Shown here: piece after piece, positions 18,836 through 28,123 of the stretch
Position numbering within the stretch: the first letter of the stretch is position 1
How the letters are laid out: each line of letters opens with the position of its first letter
Origin: a bacterium
GTDB lineage: Bacteria > Patescibacteriota > CPR2 > UBA1875 > JAJYID01
Assembly (NCBI GenBank): GCA_021796415.1
Contig: JAJYJC010000002.1
Location: forward strand, 7,983-71,982
DNA: 64,000 nucleotides
Direction of reading: 5' to 3'
Made by a program: the position numbers and the translations under genes
Notes under the pieces: model-generated
Told to the model about the DNA's origin: nothing
Databases searched by the model: none
The model's input: the letters and a program-made list of their open reading frames with translations, nothing else

Positions 18836-19341
18836 AAACAAGCGTAGTGCCAGCTCAAATCACAACGATCGAGGACAAAATTGCCGGCAATATGACCTTC
18901 CCTCAGATCCTGCTCCTCGTCATTTCCCTGGTTCTCGGCACCATAATCTATGTTATCGTTCCCCCAAGCTCCCGCTTGAGCGTTATAAAAATCATTGCTA
19001 TCGTCGTTCAGTTTCTCATCCTCGGCCTCCTGGCTCTCCGCGTCAAAGGGCAGACTATGGCCGACCGGCTCATGATACTGCTTCGGTACGCCCTAAGACC
19101 CCGCCTTTATCTTTTTACCAAGAACGATCTCGCAACAAGAGACGTCGCCGTCCTCGAGAAAGCAAAAAAGACGGCAAAGGTAAATAATGATTTGACCAAG
19201 AAAAAGCAGGCAGTCCCGGAAAAACCCAAACTCGACCAGTCCATGCTGGACCGGTTCTTAACAGATCCGTCATTAAATATTCGTTTAGAGCTTACCAAGA
19301 AAGGAGGAATTGATGTTTCCCTTAAAACAGATAAAAGCTAA
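18832..19341 (+). CDS. VirB3/PrgI-like small membrane protein
   Basis: Single hydrophobic hairpin near the N-terminus. Position immediately upstream of VirB4. Confidence 0.4.
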   Translation: MKTSVVPAQITTIEDKIAGNMTFPQILLLVISLVLGTIIYVIVPPSSRLSVIKIIAIVVQFLILGLLALRVKGQTMADRLMILLRYALRPRLYLFTKNDLATRDVAVLEKAKKTAKVNNDLTKKKQAVPEKPKLDQSMLDRFLTDPSLNIRLELTKKGGIDVSLKTDKS

Positions 19342-19930
19342 AGGTTCGGCGAGATCCCAAATCGGCATCAGGGAAGTCAGGGATGATATTCTCATCTTGC
19401 CCGGCAACCGCTACCGCGCGGTTCTTGCCGCCTCTTCGGTCAACTTTGAGCTCCAAAGCGAAGCCGAACAAGACGCCCTCATCGACAACTTTCAGGCATT
19501 TCTAAACTCTCTGACCACTCCGATCCAAATTCTGATCCGCGTAAGAGCCCTGGATATCGAGCAGTATTTGGAGAATCTGACTTCGGAAAGGGCCAAGGAG
19601 GAGCAAAAGATTTATAGAGACCAGCTAAAACATTATTCAAACTTTATCCGCAAGCTCGTTTCGGGCAATAAGATACTCTCGCGCCGCTTCTACATTGTCA
19701 TCCCTTATGAGAACAAGGCGGCAAGCGACTTCAACATTGCCAAAGAACAGCTCACGCTGGAACAGGAAATTATCATTAAAGGACTGGAAAAACTGGGAAT
19801 GAAAGTAAGCCCGCTTAAAAGCCTGGAAATCCTTGACCTCTTCTACAGTTTCTATAACCCGGCGCTTGCCAAATCCCAACCGCTGTCTGAAGTAATAATA
19901 GGAAAAACAAATGAACTTAACATCATTTAA
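19310..19930 (+). CDS. VirB4-family ATPase, N-terminal domain (split ORF)
   Basis: Resembles the N-terminal region of Gram-positive VirB4/TraE-type ATPases (REVRDDILILPGNRYRAVLAASSVNFELQSEAEQ). Overlaps the next ORF by 20 nt in another frame. Confidence 0.5.
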   Translation: MMFPLKQIKAKGSARSQIGIREVRDDILILPGNRYRAVLAASSVNFELQSEAEQDALIDNFQAFLNSLTTPIQILIRVRALDIEQYLENLTSERAKEEQKIYRDQLKHYSNFIRKLVSGNKILSRRFYIVIPYENKAASDFNIAKEQLTLEQEIIIKGLEKLGMKVSPLKSLEILDLFYSFYNPALAKSQPLSEVIIGKTNELNII

Positions 19931-21695
19931 GCCAAAAAGGCTTCATCGCCCGAGCAGTAAAGAACGCGCGCGCCAGGAACAGGCTTTTGCCTTCCATGTC
20001 GGAGAACAGGATCAGCTCGACCTCATCACTTACGCAGGGCTGGAAGAGAGCGCAAACCACATTGAAATAGACGGCCAGTTTATGAAGACAATCTTTGTTT
20101 CCGGTTATCCCTACACTTCTTCAAGCGGATGGCTGAACCACCTTATTAACTTCAACCATAACGTCGATATCTCATATCACATTGAGCCGGTTGACGCCAC
20201 TATGGCTCTGCCTAAACTAAACCGCAAAATCACCGAGCTTACATCTACCAAAAGAGCGATGGAGCGAGACGGACGGATTATCGGGGCCGAGCTGCTCGAC
20301 CCTCTGGAATCGGCCATGGAGCTAAGAGACAGGATTCAAAGAGGACAGGAAAATCTCTTTCAAGTCTCTTTGTATATAACACTTTTTGCCGATTCTCTCG
20401 TAGAACTCGATAAGGTAACAAAGCTCTTGGAGACTGTTCTCGCCGCAAGGCTTTTCTATACTAAGCACGCGTCTTACAGGCAAATAGAGGGCCTCCAGTC
20501 GGTGCTGCCAAGGGGCGACAACCAGTTGGCCCAAAAAAGAAACTTAGACAGCTCGTCGGCCGCCATGACATTTCCCTTTATATCATCCGAGTATGTCCAT
20601 GATTCGGGGGTTCTATACGGCATAAACAGATCGAATAATTCTCTCGTGATTGTCGACCGCTTTAAACTCCCGAACGCGAACAGCATCCTTTTTGCCCAGT
20701 CAGGAGCCGGTAAGAGCTACACTGCCAAAGTAGAGATCTTAAGGCACCTGATGCAAGGGACAAAAGTAATTGTGATAGATCCCGAACGGGAATACCGCCA
20801 GCTGGCCGACTCGGTCAAGGGAACGTATATAAAGCTCTCTGTCCATTCAAAAGAAAAGATTAATCCCTTTGATCTCTCGGTTAATACATATAATGAAGCC
20901 GACGGCTTTGCAGACCACGTCCAGTCGCTGACCGAGATAATTTCTCTGATGGCCGAGGGGCTTTCAGCGGAAGAAAAGTCAGTCGTAGACCAGGCAATCA
21001 TCAAAACTTACAGGGAAGCCGGCTTTTCACGGAGAAAAACTAAAAAGAAGAACGACAAACCTTATCCAAAACTGCGTGACTTTGCCCGAATGCTTACAAC
21101 TCTAAAGCAAGACGGACTAAGGAGAAGGCTGGAAAAATATACCGACGGGTCACTATCTGAGGTGTTTAACTCCCAGACAAATATAGAGCTCGAGAATAGG
21201 CTGGTAGTCTTTGACACCAAAGACCTGCCGGAATCTCTCCGCCAGATCATGCACTTAATTATCGCCCAGTTCGTCCAAAATCAGGTCAAAAACAAAACCT
21301 GCAAGAGAACCCTTGTCATTGATGAGGCCTGGCTGATGCTTGAACATGAAGAGAGCGCCAGATTTATTGCCGGACTTGTCAGGCGGGCGAGAAAGTATTA
21401 TCTCGGAGTCAGTATTATTTCTCAGCAGGCCAATGACTTTCTCTCAAATAACTACGGACGGGCCATTGCTTCGCAAAGCGCCCTTAGAATCCTAATGAGG
21501 CAAGACACGACTACTATTAAAAATGTCGGTATCGAGTTTGGACTGAGCGAATATGAGCAGAAGTTTCTTTTGACCTGCGAGCGCGGCGAGGCTCTCATTA
21601 TCGCCGATCAGCACCATGTGGCGGTTAAGGTTACGGCTTCGGAAGAAGAGCATCCTTTAATTACTACCGATCCGGCCGAACTAAGAAAGGCTTGA
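19911..21695 (+). CDS. VirB4-family conjugative/T4SS ATPase, ATPase domain
   Basis: Walker A FAQSGAGKSYT. Walker B RTLVIDEAWLML. ISQQAND motif. Confidence 0.75.
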   Translation: MNLTSFKPKRLHRPSSKERARQEQAFAFHVGEQDQLDLITYAGLEESANHIEIDGQFMKTIFVSGYPYTSSSGWLNHLINFNHNVDISYHIEPVDATMALPKLNRKITELTSTKRAMERDGRIIGAELLDPLESAMELRDRIQRGQENLFQVSLYITLFADSLVELDKVTKLLETVLAARLFYTKHASYRQIEGLQSVLPRGDNQLAQKRNLDSSSAAMTFPFISSEYVHDSGVLYGINRSNNSLVIVDRFKLPNANSILFAQSGAGKSYTAKVEILRHLMQGTKVIVIDPEREYRQLADSVKGTYIKLSVHSKEKINPFDLSVNTYNEADGFADHVQSLTEIISLMAEGLSAEEKSVVDQAIIKTYREAGFSRRKTKKKNDKPYPKLRDFARMLTTLKQDGLRRRLEKYTDGSLSEVFNSQTNIELENRLVVFDTKDLPESLRQIMHLIIAQFVQNQVKNKTCKRTLVIDEAWLMLEHEESARFIAGLVRRARKYYLGVSIISQQANDFLSNNYGRAIASQSALRILMRQDTTTIKNVGIEFGLSEYEQKFLLTCERGEALIIADQHHVAVKVTASEEEHPLITTDPAELRKA

Positions 21696-21699
21696 AAAA

Positions 21700-22323
21700 A
21701 TGAACCCGGCCGCTATTAAGATAATCGCAAGCGCCTACTCAATGAAAAAGGAAATTAGGCTCGCGTTCATAACTCTCGTGGCTGTTTGCTTGATTCCGGT
21801 GGTTGCCGTTTTAATGATTACCCAAGTCGGGATTGACGCGGTTTCCGGAGCTCTTGCCAGCCAGAACCCTCAGACTCTTCAAGTTGATATTCACGATCCG
21901 AAGACCGGAGCGGTCATTGATCATATTGCAGGGCCGGCTATCTGGCCGGTTTCGGGCCCAGTGAGTCTGGAGTTTGGCCAGCCTTCTCCGTTTCAGCGGT
22001 TTCATACGGGAATTGATATAGCCGACCCGAACCACAGCGTCGGCACGCCGGTTGAAGCTTTTATGAAAGGCAAGGTTATTTATGCCGACAGCGATCCTTG
22101 GGGTTTCGGCCGTCATGTCATTATTGATCACGGCCACTTTGTCACCTCGCTATACGGCCACTTGAATACTATAAACGTTATTAAGGGGCAAGAAGTTGAC
22201 ATGGGAACAGTCATCGGTACCAGGGGCAATACCGGCTGGTCAACCGGTCCGCATCTCCATTTTCAGATCGAAGTTATGCATATCCCCGTGAACCCAAGGA
22301 TATTTTTGAGTGGGAATCCATAA
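21700..22323 (+). CDS. M23-family metallopeptidase (LytM-like) with an N-terminal TM anchor
   Basis: HTGIDIA...GHFVTSLYGHL...GPHLHFQIEV (HxxxD and HxH motifs of M23). Confidence 0.75.
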   Translation: MNPAAIKIIASAYSMKKEIRLAFITLVAVCLIPVVAVLMITQVGIDAVSGALASQNPQTLQVDIHDPKTGAVIDHIAGPAIWPVSGPVSLEFGQPSPFQRFHTGIDIADPNHSVGTPVEAFMKGKVIYADSDPWGFGRHVIIDHGHFVTSLYGHLNTINVIKGQEVDMGTVIGTRGNTGWSTGPHLHFQIEVMHIPVNPRIFLSGNP

Positions 22324-22384
22324 GTGTTAGAGCGATTTTTACGAAGTTTCTTAGGATTGTAATTTATACCCTTTTTAGATAAGC

Positions 22385-24496
22385 TTGAATCAAATGGAAA
22401 CAAGAGAAAGTCAACAATTTAACAATCAAACAGCTTTTCCAGAAAATCAGCACACTTACAACGATCTGAATTCTGGTGATATTGAAAACCAAGAAATTCA
22501 TTTTTCTGAGGAGCAAAAGACGGCAATCGAACAAAAAAGAAGAGTTCTTTCTTCTCTTGCCTACTTTATTGGTAAGGATTTTCAGATCCCTGTAGAGCTG
22601 AATGAACCGGGTATGGGTTGGCACTGGGATTTTAAGAAAAATGAAATCAAAGTCGATCCTAAAGATCTTATTGAAAAACCCATGGACTACTTAAGATTCG
22701 TTATTTCTCACGAGGGAGGACATCGCCGTATCTCTCGGACAGAATCGATTCCTCTCGAGACTTGGAAGCAGCCCGGTTTTTCTTTCATGATGAATGCGAT
22801 TGAAGATCCCAGAGATAACAACTTTGTGGCTGAAAACTACCCAAGATTTAGAAGTCAAATGGATGTGGCGTATAAAGACAGTATGGAACTTAAGCAAGAA
22901 TCTGCGCAGAAAGCAAGTGATGAGCTCGGTTATCAGCCTCGTTTTATGCAAGCTGGCTTTGAGTATATTAAGCAGTGGCACAAAGAACAAAAAGGTGAAA
23001 AATTTTCTGTAAGCGAAGATTTACCAAAAGAAGTTCGAGAGGTTGTTGAAAAGACTTTGAATGCGGCAAGCGACTCATGGTGGCGCTATCCGTCAAGAGA
23101 AGAAGCTGACTCAAGTGAAGAGACAATCAAAAAATATGCTGAGGCCTCTTATCGAATAAACCTAGAAAGAATTTGGCCTGAGTTTCAAAAACTTGTTGAG
23201 AAGGATATGGAAGATCAAAATATGCAAGAACTCCTAGGCCAGATGCAAACAAGTGAGGAAGAGGGTGGCTCGGGGTTACCTCAAGAACTCGAAGATAATC
23301 TATCGCCAGAAGAACAAAAGGTATTAGAAGAAGCAATCGAACAAGCCATGCAGAGTGGTGCTGAGGTACAGGAACAAACAGAAGCTGGCACACGAGGCAA
23401 ACCAATTGATTTAAGCTCTTTACCCGACGAGTTGAAACAAAAAATCCAAGATTATATTAATTCTTTGCCGGAAGATCAAAAGCGAGAACTTGCAGAAAAA
23501 GCAAGGGCGGCATTGTCTGATTTTGAAAAAGAACTAGATGAGGAATTGGGAGGGAAACTCTCAGATAGCCCGGAGAAAAAAGCCGAACGAGGCGAAGAAT
23601 CTGAGATACCGTTAGAAAGTAAGGCAACTACGACCGAACCAATTACCCCGGAAGAGTCCGATGAAGTGAGAAAATACAGAGAATTTATAGAACAAGAGCT
23701 ATCAAAAGACGCTAATGCCTATGAAAGACATCGCCGAGAGGTTTTACCCATTATTGACCAGCTTGAACAAGATTTAAGAGAAATTTTTGTTATGAGAAGA
23801 TCTGGCCAATGGGAAAGCGGATTTAGGTCAGGAAAAAGAATTGATATCAAAAGAAGAATACAAGAAAAAGCCAAGGGCGTATCTGCAATGGAGAGTAAGG
23901 CGTGGGAAAAGAGAGAATTGCCCCAAGAAAAGGATTATGCTGTCAGTCTGCTTGCTGATTTATCAGGATCAATGCGAGGAGAAAAGATAAAGGAAACTTT
24001 TAAGGCAGTCATTGTGTTATCTGAAGTGCTAAACAGATTATCAATCCAAACAGAGATTCTGGGCTTTAACAACAGGATTTATGATTATCAAAACTTTGGT
24101 GAGGACATATCAAACCAAAAACGAGAAAACATGGGCGGTATGCTTCAAGAAGTTGCGGGTAGCGGACACAGGTGGAACGATGACGGTTGGGCTGTTGAGC
24201 AGGCATCGGAGCGACTGGCAAAACAAAGAGCGAAAGAAAAGTTTCTTATTGTCCTTTCAGATGGCTTGCCGGAGGAATCTTCTGCCCATCCAAGAGCAAA
24301 GTATGAGCTTGGATCTGTGGTGCAAAAAATTATTGGCTCAACGGATCAAAAGTTAATTGGATTGGGCATCGGTCCAGATACAAATCATGTTGAAAATTAC
24401 TACCCAAATAGTATTTCCAATGTAAATGTAAAGGAAATGGCTGGAAAGCTGGCCGACCTCATCCGTGAAGCTATTGCTAATTTTGATAAATTTTAA
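22385..24496 (+). CDS. VWA-domain protein with an N-terminal HExxH metallopeptidase-like motif
   Basis: ISHEGGHRRI (HExxH). Acidic coiled-coil linker. C-terminal VWA domain with MIDAS DLSGSM and LIVLSDGLPEE. The architecture resembles DUF2201-type partners of MoxR-like ATPases. Confidence 0.65.
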   Translation: MNQMETRESQQFNNQTAFPENQHTYNDLNSGDIENQEIHFSEEQKTAIEQKRRVLSSLAYFIGKDFQIPVELNEPGMGWHWDFKKNEIKVDPKDLIEKPMDYLRFVISHEGGHRRISRTESIPLETWKQPGFSFMMNAIEDPRDNNFVAENYPRFRSQMDVAYKDSMELKQESAQKASDELGYQPRFMQAGFEYIKQWHKEQKGEKFSVSEDLPKEVREVVEKTLNAASDSWWRYPSREEADSSEETIKKYAEASYRINLERIWPEFQKLVEKDMEDQNMQELLGQMQTSEEEGGSGLPQELEDNLSPEEQKVLEEAIEQAMQSGAEVQEQTEAGTRGKPIDLSSLPDELKQKIQDYINSLPEDQKRELAEKARAALSDFEKELDEELGGKLSDSPEKKAERGEESEIPLESKATTTEPITPEESDEVRKYREFIEQELSKDANAYERHRREVLPIIDQLEQDLREIFVMRRSGQWESGFRSGKRIDIKRRIQEKAKGVSAMESKAWEKRELPQEKDYAVSLLADLSGSMRGEKIKETFKAVIVLSEVLNRLSIQTEILGFNNRIYDYQNFGEDISNQKRENMGGMLQEVAGSGHRWNDDGWAVEQASERLAKQRAKEKFLIVLSDGLPEESSAHPRAKYELGSVVQKIIGSTDQKLIGLGIGPDTNHVENYYPNSISNVNVKEMAGKLADLIREAIANFDKF

Positions 24497-24508
24497 TAAA
24501 ATTACGTT

Positions 24509-24934
24509 ATGATAAAGGAAAAATTTTCAACCTTTTTAGAATATTCTTTGTCTCAAAAAGAAGTTTCTCTAATCGTGGCCAAACATGAAAATGAGCTTTC
24601 TCATTTTGAGAGGTGGCTTGAAGACAAGGGGTTTAGAAGAGCTGCTCATGCTTTTGACTTGCTTGACAACCTTGAAGATCATAAGAAACTTTACGTGATT
24701 TTAAAAACAGAGAATGGCAAAGATTCCTATGATTTTGCGGCTCAGTTTCCAACGGGTCAGATTGAGCTTTTTGATAAAAAAACCATGAAAAAGATGCTAA
24801 AAAATATTGATTATAAAAACCGATCAATAGTCTTTTTAACCACAAAGCATCATCTCTTCGACCTTGAAAAGGAGGATTTTAATTTTCTCTCATCAGTTGG
24901 TATGGCTTTCAGAAATGGAGATGCCCATGTCTAG
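24509..24934 (+). CDS. hypothetical protein (141 aa)
   Basis: ORF between the VWA and ATPase genes. Confidence 0.4.
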   Translation: MIKEKFSTFLEYSLSQKEVSLIVAKHENELSHFERWLEDKGFRRAAHAFDLLDNLEDHKKLYVILKTENGKDSYDFAAQFPTGQIELFDKKTMKKMLKNIDYKNRSIVFLTTKHHLFDLEKEDFNFLSSVGMAFRNGDAHV

Positions 24935-27002
24935 TCCGGAATTTAGTTTACTTACCGATCCTGAGCAGGAAAAGCCTGTAGAGGATAAGCATCAGGAAGA
25001 AAAAAGCGAGACTCTCGCTCCGATTGCGGAGGATGAAACCTCGGTTTCATATCTAGGGGTAAGATTAGAAAAAGGGCATGTGCCAAGCCCCTTTATACCA
25101 GAGAGAGATAAATATACTGACTATATAAATGATCGATTTACCCTGGAGCTACAGCAGAAGATTGCCATCGGCTTTCAGTCGGGCGACCCTACTCTTATCG
25201 AAGGCGGGACTAGTATCGGTAAGACTACAGCAGCCAGAAAGATGTGTGCGGAACTTGGCTGGGAAGTTCATTATGCTAACTTGAATAAGGCCACGGATGT
25301 TGAAGATTTAATGGGCCGATATATTCCAAATCCTCATCGAACCAAACCTGATGATCCCGAGTTCGTTTTTGCCGATGGAAGAGTTACGGCCGGCCTAAGA
25401 CAGGAAGAAGGAAAAATAAAAGTTATCATCCTTGATGAATATAATGCGGCAGCGCCAAACATTGTAATCCGCCTGCATGAGGTACTAGATGCCCTTGAGC
25501 GTGATGGAGATGTTGTGCTATCGGAAGATGCCTCAGAAACCGTTCCTGTATCGAAAGATAAGACGAAATTAATTGCCCTCACTAATCCGCCCGGAAAAGG
25601 TTACTTTGGTCGTGAACCGCTAGATCCGGCTCAGTTAAGAAGATGGGTCTACCAGAAAGAAGCGAGCAATTTACCCGAAAATACTTTCTCTTTTTCAACC
25701 AAAAGTCTCTTTGGCTTGGTCTCGGAAAATGGCGATGTTATTCCCGAAGAAGTTTACCTAGAATCTCATGAAGACACTCTTTCTTCTCAGCAAATTGCTG
25801 AAATTCCCGGTATTAGCGAAGTGGAGGCAAAGTATGAAGAGTTTCATAGGGCAGCGAAAGAGCTTTTGAAAAATAGAACCATTGCTGCCGATCAACCGCA
25901 ACAGTTTACTTTTGATGATAGAATGGAGCCAAGACGGGTACGAGACTTTGTAATGAGGTTTTACAGCGGAGATATCAATGAAACTTTTCAGCAAGCTCTA
26001 AGATATTATTATTCGAATAAACTAGAGTCAGACGAAGACAGGCAGAAGATTGAAGAGCTAATCTCTCATGTAGGATACACTCCTCAGCCCGACTCAAGAA
26101 GGTTGGGTCTTGAGGATGAATCACGCCCAGAGGGAGTTGGCCTAAGAGATCAAGTCGAGATCGGCATAGAAGATATTTTGCAGGACCCGGCCATTCCGGA
26201 TTCAGTCAAAGAGGTTCTAAGAGTTGAGGGGGTAAAGTTTTCTGAGGCAAAGGAAATAATGAACCAAGATTTTATCGGTCCAGACGAGATTAAAAAAGCT
26301 TTTGGTTTAGAGGTGGATAGAGTACCAGATATTCCCTTTTCAAGAAGCGAACTGGAAAGAGCTAAGGAACTCGATCAAATGCTTATATATAGAACGGGTA
26401 CTGCTGCCCGAGGCGAGCCGATGACTATGGAAAAGATAAATGGCCTTCTTTCCGGCAAGACTAAAGATGGCGGAAAGATATTTTTTGATACTGATTGGTA
26501 TAAAGATGAGGCATTTTTTAAGTCTGAAGCAATCAAGGAAGGATGGTCTCTTGTGTCTAAGGAAGTTATATCTGAGTCGACCAGCAAGAACTATCTGGAG
26601 CAAACCGAGACAATGGTAGATTATCTTAGGAGTAAAGTTTTTGCAGGAGGCGATGTGCCAGAGGAATATCAGGAAGCAATTGGCCAATTTGAAAGCCAAA
26701 AAGATGAAATTTCAAAATTGATAGAAAGTAACTGGAAGAAAGCGGCTGAAAAACTAGAGGGTCTTTCCATTACTCACATGACCAGACAAAGACCGGTTGA
26801 AGCTATCTATGACTTAGTTGCTGTTTATGAGAATACTGATGACCATCTACTTTCTAACAGATATACTTGGACTTCCGCGCGTGACTCTGGCGGCAAGCTG
26901 GTCCGTGTGGGCTACTTCGATGCCAGGGGCGTGCGTGTCCACGGGGGCAGTCCCGACGATCGGTATGACAATCTGGGCGTTTCTTTCTCCCGCAGTCAGT
27001 GA
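24930..27002 (+). CDS. AAA_5/MoxR-like ATPase fused to a C-terminal DGR variable (target) domain
   Basis: Walker A GGTSIGKTTAARKM. Walker B VIILDEYN. Sensor 1 LIALTNPPG. Arginine motif LDPAQLRRW. The last 113 bp before the stop is VR1. The start is uncertain (24864-24930). Confidence 0.7.
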   Translation, partial: SSPEFSLLTDPEQEKPVEDKHQEEKSETLAPIAEDETSVSYLGVRLEKGHVPSPFIPERDKYTDYINDRFTLELQQKIAIGFQSGDPTLIEGGTSIGKTTAARKMCAELGWEVHYANLNKATDVEDLMGRYIPNPHRTKPDDPEFVFADGRVTAGLRQEEGKIKVIILDEYNAAAPNIVIRLHEVLDALERDGDVVLSEDASETVPVSKDKTKLIALTNPPGKGYFGREPLDPAQLRRWVYQKEASNLPENTFSFSTKSLFGLVSENGDVIPEEVYLESHEDTLSSQQIAEIPGISEVEAKYEEFHRAAKELLKNRTIAADQPQQFTFDDRMEPRRVRDFVMRFYSGDINETFQQALRYYYSNKLESDEDRQKIEELISHVGYTPQPDSRRLGLEDESRPEGVGLRDQVEIGIEDILQDPAIPDSVKEVLRVEGVKFSEAKEIMNQDFIGPDEIKKAFGLEVDRVPDIPFSRSELERAKELDQMLIYRTGTAARGEPMTMEKINGLLSGKTKDGGKIFFDTDWYKDEAFFKSEAIKEGWSLVSKEVISESTSKNYLEQTETMVDYLRSKVFAGGDVPEEYQEAIGQFESQKDEISKLIESNWKKAAEKLEGLSITHMTRQRPVEAIYDLVAVYENTDDHLLSNRYTWTSARDSGGKLVRVGYFDARGVRVHGGSPDDRYDNLGVSFSRSQ
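26878..26990 (+). repeat. DGR variable repeat VR1 (113 bp)
   Basis: Matches the TR at 29518-29630 with 13 substitutions, all at TR adenine positions. Confidence 0.85.
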
Positions 27003-27085
27003 TACTTTGAAAATTGATTTTTGAAACTTTGATACGCCGAAGGCGTCGGACACAAAATTTTAACAGAAGGTAATAAGGATAAAAA

Positions 27086-28066
27086 ATGAGCGAAATCGGA
27101 TCACCACAACCTGAAATACCGGAGGAAGCGGTAGAAAAAGAAGCTGAGGGTATTAGAATTGCCACAGAAATATCTGAGCTTAGGGCAAGTGCCCGTAATG
27201 AAGCTGATTATGAGAATATTTTGCAAAAAACTCGAGAGCTAAAGGAGCTTTTTGGGATAGTTGTAGAAGGTAAGCTTTCTGGCGAAGTTGCGGAACAGAT
27301 GAGTATGGCCAAAGAAATCATGGAGGAGGATTTTTTCGGTCCGGATGAGATTAAAAAAGCCCTTGGCATTGAAGTGACTGAAATGCCGGACATCCCATTC
27401 AAAAAAGAGGAACTAGAAAGAGCAAAGGAGCTAGAACAGATATTGATTTTGCGGACAGACAAAGCTTCCGATGGCAGTCCTCTAACAATGGAAAAGGTTC
27501 GCGACATGATGGGTAACGAAGACAAAGATGGCGGAAAAATCTTTTGGGAGAGCGCTGACTGGTATAAAGATGAAGCTTTTTATACCAAAGAGACTGCTAA
27601 AGTTGGTTGGGCGTTGGTCTCTAAAGAGGAAATTCCTGATGCAACCAATAAAAATTATTTAGAACAAACAGAAAGTCTTGTTACTTACCTCAAAAACCAA
27701 GTTTTTGCCGGAAAACCGATGCCAAAAGAATATCAGGATGCCGTAGGCGAATTTGAATCACAGAAGTCAACAATAGAGAGTTTGGTCGAAGATGACTGGA
27801 AAGCTGCAGCAGAGAAGTTATCCAAGCTTTCCATTACCAAGCTCACCCGCCAATCACCGGTTGAGGCCATTTATGATATAGTAGTGCATTATCAGAACAC
27901 GGATGAGAGATTGCTAGAAGAAATGTATACTTGGACTTCCGCGCGTGACTCTGGCGGCAGGCTGGTCCATGTGGGCGGCTTCGGTGCCGAGGGCGTGAAT
28001 GTCAACGGGAGCAGTCCCGACTCTCGGTATGACTTTCTGGGCGTTTCTTTCTCCCGCAGTCAGTGA
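27086..28066 (+). CDS. DGR target protein paralog (326 aa)
   Basis: About 65% identical to the C-terminal 270 aa of the 24930-27002 product. VR2 sits at its 3' end. Confidence 0.7.
   Translation: MSEIGSPQPEIPEEAVEKEAEGIRIATEISELRASARNEADYENILQKTRELKELFGIVVEGKLSGEVAEQMSMAKEIMEEDFFGPDEIKKALGIEVTEMPDIPFKKEELERAKELEQILILRTDKASDGSPLTMEKVRDMMGNEDKDGGKIFWESADWYKDEAFYTKETAKVGWALVSKEEIPDATNKNYLEQTESLVTYLKNQVFAGKPMPKEYQDAVGEFESQKSTIESLVEDDWKAAAEKLSKLSITKLTRQSPVEAIYDIVVHYQNTDERLLEEMYTWTSARDSGGRLVHVGGFGAEGVNVNGSSPDSRYDFLGVSFSRSQ
27942..28054 (+). repeat. DGR variable repeat VR2 (113 bp)
   Basis: Matches the TR with 14 substitutions, all at TR adenine positions. Confidence 0.85.
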
Positions 28067-28123
28067 TACTTTGAAAATTGATATTTGAAACTTTGATACG
28101 CCGAAGGCGTCGGACACAAATTT

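Noticed and set aside
26847-27053. 68-aa minus-strand ORF (also 26854-27165) overlapping VR1
   Set aside because: It is the reverse-strand reading of the DGR VR. The same reading frame appears at 27914-28117 and, on the plus strand, at 29488-29721. These are repeat artefacts rather than genes.
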